From: Nemertoderma westbladi
Taxonomy: Eukaryota; Animalia; Xenacoelomorpha
Direction of reading: 5' to 3'
NCBI GenBank assembly: GCA_032718475.1
Contig: JAUCBJ010000527.1
Location: 21,831-85,830, forward strand
DNA: 64,000 nucleotides
Below are positions 47,401 through 62,009 of the stretch, piece after piece. The stretch's first letter is position 1. Each line of letters starts with the position of its first letter. The notes below the pieces were generated by a model, which made no database searches, was not told the origin of the DNA, and worked only from the letters and a program-made list of their open reading frames with translations. Position numbers and translations under genes: made by a program.

Positions 47401-50400
47401 TCAGCACCCGTCATTTTTAATAAAAATACCCCATTACAACCTAGTATCCTTTGGCACTCGCTCCTTCTCTTACTCAGCACCCGTCATTTTTAATAAAAAT
47501 ACCCCGTTACAACCTAGTATCCTTTGGCACTCGCTCCTTCTCTTACTCAACACTTATCGTTTTTAATAAAAATACCACATTACAACCTAGTATCCTTTGG
47601 CACTCGCTCCTTCTCTTACTCAGCACCCGTCATTTTTAATAAAAATACCCCGTTACAACCTAGTATCCTTTGGCACTCGCTCCTTCTCTTACTCAACACT
47701 TATCGTTTTTAATAAAAATACCACATTACAACCTAGTATCCTTTGGCACTCGCTCCTTCTCTTACTCAGCACCCGTCATTTTTAATAAAAATACCCCGTT
47801 ACAACCTAGTATCCTTTGGCGCTCGCTCCTTCTCTTACTCAACACTTATCGTTTTTAATAAAAATACCACATTACAACCTAGTATCCTTTGGCACTCGCT
47901 CCTTCTCTTACTCAGCACCCGTCATTTTTAATAAAAATACCCCGTTACAACCTAGTATCCTTTGGCACTCGCTCCTTCTCTTACTCAACACTTATCGTTT
48001 TTAATAAAAATACCACATTACAACCTAGTATCCTTTGGCACTCGCTCCTTCTCTTACTCAGCACCCGTCATTTTTAATAAAAATACCCCGTTACAACCTA
48101 GTATCCTTTGGCACTCGCTCCTTCTCTTACTCAACACTTATCGTTTTTAATAAAAATACCACATTACAACCTAGTATCCTTTGGCACTCGCTCCTTCTCT
48201 TACTCAACACCTATCGTTTTTAATAAAAATACCCCGTTACAACCTAGTATCCTTTGGCACTCGCTCCTTCTCTTACTCAACACCTATCGTTTTTACTAAA
48301 AATACCCCGTTACAACCTAGTATCCTTTGGCACTCGCTCCTTCTCTTACTCAACACCTATCGTTTTTACTAAAAATACCCCGTTACAACCTAGTATCCTT
48401 TGGCACTCGCTCCTTCTCTTACTCAACACCTATCGTTTTTAATAAAAATACCCCGTTACAACCTAGTATCCTTTGGCACTCGCTCCTTCTCTTACTCAAC
48501 ACCTATCGTTTTTAATAAAAATACCCCGTTACAACCTAGTATCCTTTGGCACTCGCTCCTTCTCTTACTCAACACCTATAGTTTTTACTAAAAATACGCC
48601 GTTACAACCTAGTATCCTTTGGCACTCGCTCCTTCTCTTACTCAACACCTATCGTTTTTAATAAAAATACCCCGTTACAACCTAGTATCCTTTGGCGCTC
48701 GCTCTTTCTCTTACTCAACACCTGTCGTTTTTAATAAAAATACCCCGTTACAACCTAGTATACTTTGGCGCTCACTCCTTCTCTTACTCAACACCTGTCG
48801 TTTTTAATAAAAATACCCCGTTACAACCTAGTATCCTTTGGCACTCGCTCCTTTTCTTACTCAACACCTGTCGTTTTTAATAAAAATACCCCGTTACAAC
48901 CTAGTATCCTTTGGCACTCGCTCCTTCTCTTACTCAACACTTATCGTTTTTAATAAAAATACCCCATTACAACCTAGTATCCTTTGGCACTCGCTCCTTC
49001 TCTTACTCAGCACCCGTCATTTTTAATAAAAATACCCCATTACAACCTAGTATCCTTTGGCGCTCGCTCCTTCTCTTACTCAACACTTATCGTTTTTAAT
49101 AAAAATACCCCGTTACAACCTAGTATCCTTTGGCACTCGCTCCTTCTCTTACTCAACACTTATCGTTTTTAATAAAAATACCCCGTTACAACCTAGTATC
49201 AGTTGGCACTCGCTCCTTCTCTTACTCAGCACCCGTCATTTTTAATAAAAATACCCCGTTACAACCTAGTATCCTTTGGCACTCGCTCCTTCTCTTACTC
49301 AACACTTATCGTTTTTAATAAAAATACCACATTACAACCTAGTATCCTTTGGCACTCGCTCCTTCTCTTACTCAGCACCCGTCATTTTTAATAAAAATAC
49401 CCCGTTACAACCTAGTATCCTTTGGCACTCGCTCCTTCTCTTACTCAACACTTATCGTTTTTAATAAAAATACCACATTACAACCTAGTATCCTTTGGCA
49501 CTCGCTCCTTCTCTTACTCAGCACCCGTCATTTTTAATAAAAATACCCCATTACAACCTAGTATCCTTTGGCACTCGCTCCTTCTCTTACTCAACACTTA
49601 TCGTTTTTAATAAAAATACCCCGTTACAACCTAATATCCTTTGGCACTCGCTCCTTCTCTTACTCAGCACCCGTCATTTTTAATAAAAATACCCCATTAC
49701 AACCTAGTATCCTTTGGCACTCGCTCCTTCTCTTACTCAGCACCCGTCATTTTTAATAAAAATACCCCGTTACAACCTAGTATCCTTTGGCACTCGCTCC
49801 TTCTCTTACTCAACACTTATCGTTTTTAATAAAAATACCATATTACAACCTAGTATCCTTTGGCACTCGCTCCTTCTCTTACTCAGCACCCGTCATTTTT
49901 AATAAAAATACCCCATTACAACCTAGTATCCTTTGGCACTCGCTCCTTCTCTTACTCAGCACCCGTCATTTTTAATAAAAATACCCCGTTACAACCTAGT
50001 ATCCTTTGGCACTCGCTCCTTCTCTTACTCAACACTTATCGTTTTTAATAAAAATACCACATTACAACCTAGTATCCTTTGGCACTCGCTCCTTCTCTTA
50101 CTCAGCACCCGTCATTTTTAATAAAAATACCCCGTTACAACCTAGTATCCTTTGGCACTCGCTCCTTCTCTTACTCAACACTTATCGTTTTTAATAAAAA
50201 TACCACATTACAACCTAGTATCCTTTGGCACTCGCTCCTTCTCTTACTCAGCACCCGTCATTTTTAATAAAAATACCCCGTTACAACCTAGTATCCTTTG
50301 GCGCTCGCTCCTTCTCTTACTCAACACTTATCGTTTTTAATAAAAATACCACATTACAACCTAGTATCCTTTGGCACTCGCTCCTTCTCTTACTCAGCAC

Positions 50401-53400
50401 CCGTCATTTTTAATAAAAATACCCCGTTACAACCTAGTATCCTTTGGCACTCGCTCCTTCTCTTACTCAACACTTATCGTTTTTAATAAAAATACCACAT
50501 TACAACCTAGTATCCTTTGGCACTCGCTCCTTCTCTTACTCAGCACCCGTCATTTTTAATAAAAATACCCCGTTACAACCTAGTATCCTTTGGCACTCGC
50601 TCCTTCTCTTACTCAACACTTATCGTTTTTAATAAAAATACCACATTACAACCTAGTATCCTTTGGCACTCGCTCCTTCTCTTACTCAGCACCCATCGTT
50701 TTTAATAAAAAATAACCCGTTACAACCTAGTATCCTTTGGTGCTCGCTCCTTCTCTTACTCAACACCTATCGTTTTTAATAAAAATACCCCGTTACAACC
50801 TAGTATCCTTTGGCACTCGCTCCTTCTCTTACTCAACACCTATCGTTTTTAATAAAAATACCCCGTTACAACCTAGTATCCTTTGGCACTCGCTCCTTCT
50901 CTTACTCAACACCTATCGTTTTTACTAAAAATACCCCGTTACAACCTAGTATCCTTTGGCACTCGCTCCTTCTCTTACTCAACACCTATCGTTTTTACTA
51001 AAAATACCCCGTTACAACCTAGTATCCTTTGGCACTCGCTCCTTCTCTTACTCAACACCTATCGTTTTTAATAAAAATACCCCGTTACAACCTAGTATCC
51101 TTTGGCACTCGCTCCTTCTCTTACTCAACACCTATCGTTTTTAATAAAAATACCCCGTTACAACCTAGTATCCTTTGGCACTCGCTCCTTCTCTTACTCA
51201 ACACCTATAGTTTTTACTAAAAATACCCCGTTACAACCTAGTATCCTTTGGCACTCGCTCCTTCTCTTACTCAACACCTATCGTTTTTAATAAAAATACC
51301 CCGTTACAACCTAGTATCCTTTGGCGCTCGCTCTTTCTCTTACTCAACACCTGTCGTTTTTAATAAAAATACCCCGTTACAACCTAGTATACTTTGGCGC
51401 TCACTCCTTCTCTTACTCAACACCTGTCGTTTTTAATAAAAATACCCCGTTACAACCTAGTATCCTTTGGCACTCGCTCCTTTTCTTACTCAACACCTGT
51501 CGTTTTTAATAAAAATACCCCGTTACAACCTAGTATCCTTTGGCACTCGCTCCTTCTCTTACTCAACACTTATCGTTTTTAATAAAAATACCCCATTACA
51601 ACCTAGTATCCTTTGGCACTCGCTCCTTCTCTTACTCAGCACCCGTCATTTTTAATAAAAATACCCCATTACAACCTAGTATCCTTTGGCGCTCGCTCCT
51701 TCTCTTACTCAACACTTATCGTTTTTAATAAAAATACCCCGTTACAACCTAGTATCCTTTGGCACTCGCTCCTTCTCTTACTCAACACTTATCGTTTTTA
51801 ATAAAAATACCCCGTTACAACCTAGTATCAGTTGGCACTCGCTCCTTCTCTTACTCAGCACCCGTCATTTTTAATAAAAATACCCCGTTACAACCTAGTA
51901 TCCTTTGGCACTCGCTCCTTCTCTTACTCAACACTTATCGTTTTTAATAAAAATACCACATTACAACCTAGTATCCTTTGGCACTCGCTCCTTCTCTTAC
52001 TCAGCACCCGTCATTTTTAATAAAAATACCCCGTTACAACCTAGTATCCTTTGGCACTCGCTCCTTCTCTTACTCAACACTTATCGTTTTTAATAAAAAT
52101 ACCACATTACAACCTAGTATCCTTTGGCACTCGCTCCTTCTCTTACTCAGCACCCGTCATTTTTAATAAAAATACCCCGTTACAACCTAGTATCCTTTGG
52201 CACTCGCTCCTTCTCTTACTCAACACTTATCGTTTTTAATAAAAATACCACATTACAACCTAGTATCCTTTGGCACTCGCTCCTTCTCTTACTCAGCACC
52301 CGTCATTTTTAATAAAAATACCCCATTACAACCTAGTATCCTTTGGCACTCGCTCCTTCTCTTACTCAACACTTATCGTTTTTAATAAAAATACCCCATT
52401 ACAACCTAGTATCCTTTGGCACTCGCTCCTTCTCTTACTCAGCACCCGTCATTTTTAATAAAAATACCCCATTACAACCTAGTATCCTTTGGCACTCGCT
52501 CCTTCTCTTACTCAGCACCCGTCATTTTTAATAAAAATACCCCGTTACAACCTAGTATCCTTTGGCACTCGCTCCTTCTCTTACTCAACACTTATCGTTT
52601 TTAATAAAAATACCACATTACAACCTAGTATCCTTTGGCACTCGCTCCTTCTCTTACTCAGCACCCGTCATTTTTAATAAAAATACCCCGTTACAACCTA
52701 GTATCCTTTGGCACTCGCTCCTTCTCTTACTCAACACTTATCGTTTTTAATAAAAATACCACATTACAACCTAGTATCCTTTGGCACTCGCTCCTTCTCT
52801 TACTCAGCACCCGTCATTTTTAATAAAAATACCCCGTTACAACCTAGTATCCTTTGGCACTCGCTCCTTCTCTTACTCAACACTTATCGTTTTTAATAAA
52901 AATACCACATTACAACCTAGTATCCTTTGGCACTCGCTCCTTCTCTTACTCAGCACCCATCGTTTTTAATAAAAAATAACCCGTTACAACCTAGTATCCT
53001 TTGGTGCTCGCTCCTTCTCTTACTCAACACCTATCGTTTTTAATAAAAATACCCCGTTACAACCTAGTATCCTTTGGCACTCGCTCCTTCTCTTACTCAA
53101 CACTTATCGTTTTTAATAAAAATACCCCGTTACAACCTAGTATCAGTTGGCACTCGCTCCTTCTCTTACTCAGCACCCGTCATTTTTAATAAAAATACCC
53201 CGTTACAACCTAGTATCCTTTGGCACTCGCTCCTTCTCTTACTCAACACTTATCGTTTTTAATAAAAATACCACATTACAACCTAGTATCCTTTGGCACT
53301 CGCTCCTTCACTTACTCAACACTTATCGTTTTTAATAAAAATACCCCGTTACAACCTAGTATCCTTTGGCACTCGCTCCTTCTCTTACTCAACACTTATC

Positions 53401-56400
53401 GTTTTTAATAAAAATACCCCGTTACAACCTAGTATCAGTTGGCACTCGCTCCTTCTCTTACTCAGCACCCGTCATTTTTAATAAAAAATACCCCGTTACA
53501 ACCTAGTATCCTTTGGCACTCGCTCCTTCTCTTACTCAACACTTATCGTTTTTAATAAAAATACCACATTACAACCTAGTATCCTTTGGCACTCGCTCCT
53601 TCTCTTACTCAGCACCCGTCATTTTTAATAAAAATACCCCATTACAACCTAGTATCCTTTGGCACTCGCTCCTTCTCTTACTCAACACTTATCGTTTTTA
53701 ATAAAAATACCACATTACAACCTAGTATCCTTTGGCACTCGCTCCTTCTCTTACTCAGCACCCGTCATTTTTAATAAAAATACCCCGTTACAACCTAGTA
53801 TCCTTTGGCACTCGCTCCTTCTCTTACTCAACACTTATCGTTTTTAATAAAAATACCACATTACAACCTAGTATCCTTTGGCACTCGCTCCTTCTCTTAC
53901 TCAGCACCCGTCATTTTTAATAAAAATACCCCATTACAACCTAGTATCCTTTGGCACTCGCTCCTTCTCTTACTCAACACTTATCGTTTTTAATAAAAAT
54001 ACCACATTACAACCTAGTATCCTTTGGCAATCGCTCCTTCTCTTACTCAGCACCCGTCATTTTTAATAAAAATACCCCATTACAACCTAGTATCCTTTGG
54101 CACTCGCTCCTTCTCTTACTCAGCACCCGTCATTTTTAATAAAAATACCCCGTTACAACCTAGTATCCTTTGGCACTCGCTCCTTCTCTTACTCAACACT
54201 TATCGTTTTTAATAAAAATACCACATTACAACCTAGTATCCTTTGGCACTCGCTCCTTCTCTTACTCAGCACCCGTCATTTTTAATAAAAATACCCCATT
54301 ACAACCTAGTATCCTTTGGCACTAGCTCCTTCTCTTACTCAGCACCCGTCATTTTTAATAAAAATACCCCGTTACAACCTAGTATCCTTTGGCACTCGCT
54401 CCTTCTCTTACTCAACACTTATCGTTTTTAATAAAAATACCACATTACAACCTAGTATCCTTTGGCACTCGCTCCTTCTCTTACTCAGCACCCGTCATTT
54501 TTAATAAAAATACCCCGTTACAACCTAGTATCCTTTGGCACTCGCTCCTTCTCTTACTCAACACTTATCGTTTTTAATAAAAATACCACATTACAACCTA
54601 GTATCCTTTGGCACTCGCTCCTTCTCTTACTCAGCACCCGTCATTTTTAATAAAAATACCCCGTTACAACCTAGTATCCTTTGGCACTCGCTCCTTCTCT
54701 TACTCAACACTTATCGTTTTTAATAAAAATACCACATTACAACCTAGTATCCTTTGGCACTCGCTCCTTCTCTTACTCAGCACCCATCGTTTTTAATAAA
54801 AAATAACCCGTTACAACCTAGTATCCTTTGGTGCTCGCTCCTTCTCTTACTCAACACCTATCGTTTTTAATAAAAATACCCCGTTACAACCTAGTATCCT
54901 TTGGCACTCGCTCCTTCTCTTACTCAACACCTATCGTTTTTAATAAAAATACCCCGTTACAACCTAGTATCCTTTGGCACTCGCTCCTTCTCTTACTCAA
55001 CACCTATCGTTTTTACTAAAAATACCCCGTTACAACCTAGTATCCTTTGGCACTCGCTCCTTCTCTTACTCAACACCTATCGTTTTTACTAAAAATACCC
55101 CGTTACAACCTAGTATCCTTTGGCACTCGCTCCTTCTCTTACTCAACACCTATCGTTTTTAATAAAAATACCCCGTTACAACCTAGTATCCTTTGGCACT
55201 CGCTCCTTCTCTTACTCAACACCTATCGTTTTTAATAAAAATACCCCGTTACAACCTAGTATCCTTTGGCACTCGCTCCTTCTCTTACTCAACACCTATA
55301 GTTTTTACTAAAAATACCCCGTTACAACCTAGTATCCTTTGGCACTCGCTCCTTCTCTTACTCAACACCTATCGTTTTTAATAAAAATACCCCGTTACAA
55401 CCTAGTATCCTTTGGCGCTCGCTCTTTCTCTTACTCAACACCTGTCGTTTTTAATAAAAATACCCCGTTACAACCTAGTATCCTTTGGCGCTCACTCCTT
55501 CTCTTACTCAACACCTGTCGTTTTTAATAAAAATACCCCGTTACAACCTAGTATCCTTTGGCACTCGCTCCTTTTCTTACTCAACACCTGTCGTTTTTAA
55601 TAAAAATACCCCGTTACAACCTAGTATCCTTTGGCACTCGCTCCTTCTCTTACTCAACACTTATCGTTTTTAATAAAAATACCCCATTACAACCTAGTAT
55701 CCTTTGGCACTCGCTCCTTCTCTTACTCAGCACCCGTCATTTTTAATAAAAATACCCCATTACAACCTAGTATCCTTTGGCGCTCGCTCCTTCTCTTACT
55801 CAACACTTATCATTTTTAATAAAAATACCCCGTTACAACCTAGTATCCTTTGGCACTCGCTCCTTCTCTTACTCAACACTTATCGTTTTTAATAAAAATA
55901 CCCCATTAAAACCTAGTATCAGTTGGCACTCGCTCCTTCTCTTACTCAGCACCCGTCATTTTTAATAAAAATACCCCGTTACAACCTAGTATCCTTTGGC
56001 ACTCGCTCCTTCTCTTACTCAACACTTATCGTTTTTAATAAAAATACCACATTACAACCTAGTATCCTTTGGCACTCGCTCCTTCTCTTACTCAGCACCC
56101 GTCATTTTTAATAAAAATACCCCGTTACAACCTAGTATCCTTTGGCACTCGCTCCTTCTCTTACTCAACACTTATCGTTTTTAATAAAAATACCACATTA
56201 CAACCTAGTATCCTTTGGCACTCGCTCCTTCTCTTACTCAGCACCCGTCATTTTTAATAAAAATACCCCGTTACAACCTAGTATCCTTTGGCACTCGCTC
56301 CTTCTCTTACTCAACACTTATCGTTTTTAATAAAAATACCACATTACAACCTAGTATCCTTTGGCACTCGCTCCTTCTCTTACTCAGCACCCGTCATTTT

Positions 56401-59400
56401 TAATAAAAATACCCCATTACAACCTAGTATCCTTTGGCACTCGCTCCTTCTCTTACTCAGCACCCGTCATTTTTAATAAAAATACCCCGTTACAACCTAG
56501 TATCCTTTGGCACTCGCTCCTTCTCTTACTCAACACTTATCGTTTTTAATAAAAATACCACATTACAACCTAGTATCCTTTGGCACTCGCTCCTTCTCTT
56601 ACTCAGCACCCGTCATTTTTAATAAAAATACCCCGTTACAACCTAGTATCCTTTGGCACTCGCTCCTTCTCTTACTCAACACTTATCGTTTTTAATAAAA
56701 ATACCACATTACAACCTAGTATCCTTTGGCACTCGCTCCTTCTCTTACTCAGCACCCGTCATTTTTAATAAAAATACCCCATTACAACCTAGTATCCTTT
56801 GGCACTCGCTCCTTCTCTTACTCAGCACCCGTCATTTTTAATAAAAATACCCCGTTACAACCTAGTATCCTTTGGCACTCGCTCCTTCTCTTACTCAACA
56901 CTTATCGTTTTTAATAAAAATACCACATTACAACCTAGTATCCTTTGGCACTCGCTCCTTCTCTTACTCAGCACCCGTCATTTTTAATAAAAATACCCCG
57001 TTACAACCTAGTATCCTTTGGCACTCGCTCCTTCTCTTACTCAACACTTATCGTTTTTAATAAAAATACCACATTACAACCTAGTATCCTTTGGCACTCG
57101 CTCCTTCTCTTACTCAGCACCCGTCATTTTTAATAAAAATACCCCATTACAACCTAGTATCCTTTGGCACTCGCTCCTTCTCTTACTCAGCACCCGTCAT
57201 TTTTAATAAAAATACCCCGTTACAACCTAGTATCCTTTGGCACTCGCTCCTTCTCTTACTCAACACTTATCGTTTTTAATAAAAATACCACATTACAACC
57301 TAGTATCCTTTGGCACTCGCTCCTTCTCTTACTCAGCACCCGTCATTTTTAATAAAAATACCCCGTTACAACCTAGTATCCTTTGGCACTCGCTCCTTCT
57401 CTTACTCAACACTTATCGTTTTTAATAAAAATACCACATTACAACCTAGTATCCTTTGGCACTCGCTCCTTCTCTTACTCAGCACCCGTCATTTTTAATA
57501 AAAATACCCCGTTACAACCTAGTATCCTTTGGCACTCGCTCCTTCTCTTACTCAACACTTATCGTTTTTAATAAAAATACCACATTACAACCTAGTATCC
57601 TTTGGCACTCGCTCCTTCTCTTACTCAGCACCCGTCATTTTTAATAAAAATACCCCGTTACAACCTAGTATCCTTTGGCGCTCGCTCCTTCTCTTACTCA
57701 ACACTTATCGTTTTTAATAAAAATACCACATTACAACCTAGTATCCTTTGGCACTCGCTCCTTCTCTTACTCAGCACCCGTCATTTTTAATAAAAATACC
57801 CCGTTACAACCTAGTATCCTTTGGCACTCGCTCCTTCTCTTACTCAACACTTATCGTTTTTAATAAAAATACCACATTACAACCTAGTATCCTTTGGCAC
57901 TCGCTCCTTCTCTTACTCAGCACCCGTCATTTTTAATAAAAATACCCCGTTACAACCTAGTATCCTTTGGCACTCGCTCCTTCTCTTACTCAACACTTAT
58001 CGTTTTTAATAAAAATACCACATTACAACCTAGTATCCTTTGGCACTCGCTCCTTCTCTTACTCAGCACCCGTCATTTTTAATAAAAATACCCCGTTACA
58101 ACCTAGTATCCTTTGGCACTCGCTCCTTCTCTTACTCAACACTTATCGTTTTTAATAAAAATACCACATTACAACCTAGTATCCTTTGGCGCTCGCTCCT
58201 TCTCTTACTCAACACTTATCGTTTTTAATAAAAATACCCCGTTACAACCTAGTATCCTTTGGCACTCACTCCTCCTCTTACTCAGCAACTGTCGTTTTTA
58301 ATAAAAATACCCCGTTACAACCTAGTATCCTTTGGCACTCGCTCCTTCTCTTACTCAGCACCCGTCATTTTTAATAAAAATACCCCGTTACAACCTAGTA
58401 TCCTTTGGCACTCGCTCCTTCTCTTACTCAACACTTATCGTTTTTAATAAAAATACCACATTACAACCTAGTATCCTTTGGCACTCGCTCCTTCTCTTAC
58501 TCAGCACCCGTCATTTTTAATAAAAATACCCCGTTACAACCTAGTATCCTTTGGCACTCGCTCCTTCTCTTACTCAACACTTATCGTTTTTAATAAAAAT
58601 ACCCCGTTACAACCTAGTATCCTTTGGCACTCACTCCTCCTCTTACTCAGCAACTGTCGTTTTTAATAAAAATACCCCGTTACAACCTAGTATCCTTTGG
58701 CACTCGCTCCTTCTCTTACTCAGCACCCGTCATTTTTAATAAAAATACCCCGTTACAACCTAGTATCCTTTGGCACTCGCTCCTTCTCTTACTCAACACT
58801 TATCGTTTTTAATAAAAATACCACATTACAACCTAGTATCCTTTGGCACTCGCTCCTTCTCTTACTCAGCACCCGTCATTTTTAATAAAAATACCCCGTT
58901 ACAACCTAGTATCCTTTGGCACTCGCTCCTTCTCTTACTCAACACTTATCGTTTTTAATAAAAATACCCCGTTACAACCTAGTATCCTTTGGCACTCGCT
59001 CCTTCTCTTACTCAACACTTATCGTTTTTAATAAAAATACCACATTACAACCTAGTATCCTTTGGCGCTCGCTCCTTCTCTTACTCAACACTTATCGTTT
59101 TTAATAAAAATACCCCGTTACAACCTAGTATCCTTTGGCACTCGCTCCTTCTCTTACTCAACACTTATCGTTTTTAATAAAAATACCCCATTACAACCTA
59201 GTATCCTTTGGCACTCGCTCCTTCTCTTACTCAGCACCCGTCATTTTTAATAAAAATACCCCGTTACAACCTAGTATCCTTTGGCGCTCGCTCCTTCTCT
59301 TACTCAACACTTATCGTTTTTAATAAAAATACCCCATTACAACCTAGTATCCTTTGGCACTCGCTCCTTCTCTTACTCAGCACCCGTCATTTTTAATAAA

Positions 59401-59543
59401 AATACCCCGTTACAACCTAGTATCCTCTGGCGCTTGCTCCTTCTCTTACTCAGCACCTGCGTTATTAATAAAAATACCCCATTACAACCTAATATCCTTT
59501 GGCACTCGCTCCTTCTCTTATTCAGCACCTGTCGTCTTTAATA
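41433..59543 (+). repeat. 73-bp satellite array (~234 monomers, ~18 kb) derived from an L2-type LINE ORF2 3' segment
   Basis: Unit aaaaataccccgttacaacctagtatcctttggcactcgctccttctcttactcaacacttatcgtttttaat with strict 73-bp periodicity. One frame reads KIPRYNLVSFGTRSFSYSAPVVFN and continues into the LINE C-terminus. Confidence 0.97.
45654..46682 (+). mobile_element. 5'-truncated RTE-clade LINE inserted in the satellite, with (AGT)n tail and 14-bp TSD
   Basis: Open RT 3' half (VLQGDTLAPFLF, DLDFADDL, FCYLGS) with stop at 46629. TSD gtttttaataaaaa at 45640-45653 and 46683-46696. Confidence 0.95.
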
Positions 59544-59737
59544 GCTTACCATCATCCCGCAGAACTGCAGCCGATCTCACTACCTTCCGTCGTGGTCTAA
59601 AAACTGAACTATTCAACAGGGCCTTCCAGTAACACTCAATTAAATTATTCCTCTATCCTTTTCCAGCGCCTTCGAATCTGACTTCATGGAGTTAGGGCGC
59701 TCTAATAATAACTGCTTAATTATTATTATTATTATTA
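59470..59737 (+). mobile_element. 3' end of an L2-type LINE (ORF2 C-terminus, stem-loop UTR, (ATT)n tail)
   Basis: FGTRSFSYSAPVVFNSLPSSRRTAADLTTFRRGLKTELFNRAFQ* (stop 59632); UTR stem agcgcc...ggcgct; attattattatt tail. Confidence 0.85.
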
Positions 59738-61104
59738 AGATTTTATGTCAGAAGTCTGTAAAGTTGTCGAACTATCATCATACCAAAGTTCGTACCATAT
59801 GATTGAAATTTGATAATATAAGATAAGATATTGAACAATTCCTACAGTATACTGTACGTGCATGGTAAATGTGAAGTGTGCCCTGCATGCAAGTACATCA
59901 TTAATTCAACTATAATATTCAACAATAATTCAACATTTCTTGTATAGTTGGTAGCCAAACAGGTAAGCACTGATAATATTATCTCTTATATTATAGGGCG
60001 ATATAAAACTGACACCAGAAACCAAAAAAATTATTACCGAGCTCATTAATAATCGAGGGACCAGCAGCTACTTGAATGGTCGTTGGATGGTTTACAAAGA
60101 TGAAAGTGGGGTCAGTTTTTTTTTTTACAACTTCGTGTAAATCTAATTATAATTATATATATAGAGAACATGGACTCGTATTCGTTTATTTCTAGTAAAA
60201 CTGGATTTACTCAACAACAAAAAAATCAATTATTATTTATTGTTTATCGTTTAAAAATACAAATTATTATATTTGATTAAATAATTAATATAAAAGCGCA
60301 TTAAGGTAAATAAAGGATATAAAGAGGCATATTATAATTTACAAATTTTTTGTTATTATTATCAACGAAACGAACGTTGATAATTCGACGAAACGCACAG
60401 GCTTAGGTTCTGATCCGCCACTAATAAACCAAAACAACATTTTAATACTGTCCAGCACACTGTACTGTAGGATAGCAGTGCATTGAAATAGAACTAACGC
60501 CGATATAAACAATCTTATTATAGGTTTTAAACGTAGGCCTATAATAGTATAAGTAATATTGTCAAGCTCACACTTTTGTGAACATCCGACCAAATTGAAT
60601 AGTACAAATAATACTAAATCTACTAAATAAATATTAAATGCTAAAATTCCAACTAGGCCTACTGTTGCAGATTTCGACTGATAATATAAAAACCATTTCT
60701 AATATTGATAAAATAATTCATGTGAATGAATACTCAATGTTACAGCCAGCAGCGGTAAATTAAATGTTATTTTATTTAAAAGGCTGGAAATTAATATGTG
60801 CTGTATATTTAATTAACAAAACATTAATTTTCATGGTCTGAGCGGTTAATTACGTAGATTAATTTTTGTAGTAAATTCAAGAATTGTTCCTCATTTATTT
60901 AATACATTATTCCAGAATTGGGTTGTACCATTTACCTTTGGATCCATCAACCCAAATCTTATTTTGCCCGTTGAGTTAGCCAGAATTTGGTTCGCTAAAC
61001 ATACATGCATTCGATTGGTCCCGCGTACAACCCAACAAAATTACATCGAATTTATCCTCGGCAATGGCTGTTGGTCATCGGTAAGTTAACATCTAATGCG
61101 ATCT

Positions 61105-62009
61105 TAATGCAAATTGTATTACAATAATACTGTAGGGTTGGGTTGGTGCACGAAAAAATTGTTGGGCTAAAAACATTTGAATCAAGGCTTACAATTGTGA
61201 ACAGAACAATTACAAACTAATAAAATAGAAATAGAAAATAAGCAAATTGATCAGTAGATAGAATCATCTTGTTTCTTGCGTTATACGGGTTTATGAGGGT
61301 CCTGAATCCGATGGAATCAATAAAAACAGCACTGGACATCGTAAACTTGTACTTTTTGGTGATGGGTACGAAATTTGGTGCTAGCACCAAAATTTTCCAA
61401 ATTACGCCGAAAAATACACGTAGCAATGATCTGGCATATTAGAAATGTATTCCATTAGAATCAGCGCCCTAGAAAACCTGAAAATGTCAATTTATAGCAT
61501 CGTATAAGTGAATTAAAAATTTTGTGTTCTAACTGAAAAGTGCTGGTTACTTGTTTTTTTCATTTTTTTCCTACTCAGAGAGGACAGTCATTTATAGTAA
61601 TCATATCATTTTTAAATATTTTCCAATGTATTTTGCGCCCCAGAAAACCTGTATTGAAAATCAATTAGCCGAAAAAAGTAACTTTCAAATTTTGTGAAAA
61701 TTGTGCACTACTTGTAATTTTGGTGCTGCAATATAACCACCCCAGTACATTTTTTCGAAAATTTTTTTTTTCGGTCGGATCCAGACTAGTGATACCTACG
61801 CACAAACAGAAAATCAGTCGTTTTCGTAAACAATTGTAGATTTTAGAGGGGGGGGGGGGGTCAATATGACCCCCCCCCCCCCCCCGGTATTTGTACAACA
61901 TTTTATAGCCCGGTACTAATAGGGTTAATGCAAATTGTGTTACAATAGGGTGCACGAAAAAATTGTTGGGCTGGAAACATTTGAATCAAGGCTTACAATT
62001 GTGAACAGC
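61105..62009. mobile_element. piggyBac-like non-autonomous end flanked by an ~90-bp direct repeat
   Basis: cccggtactaataggg|ttaa at ~61910-61928. ttaatgcaaattgt...ggtgcacgaaaaaattgttgggct...caattgtgaacag occurs at ~61105-61204 and ~61925-62009. Confidence 0.45.

Noticed and set aside
41590-59541. Over 200 overlapping 62-63-aa ORFs
   Set aside because: Artefacts of a 73-bp unit (not a multiple of 3) cycling through frames with TTG starts; not genes.
41433-59543. CRISPR-like array
   Set aside because: Monomers are contiguous with no unique spacers, there are no cas genes and the context is eukaryotic.
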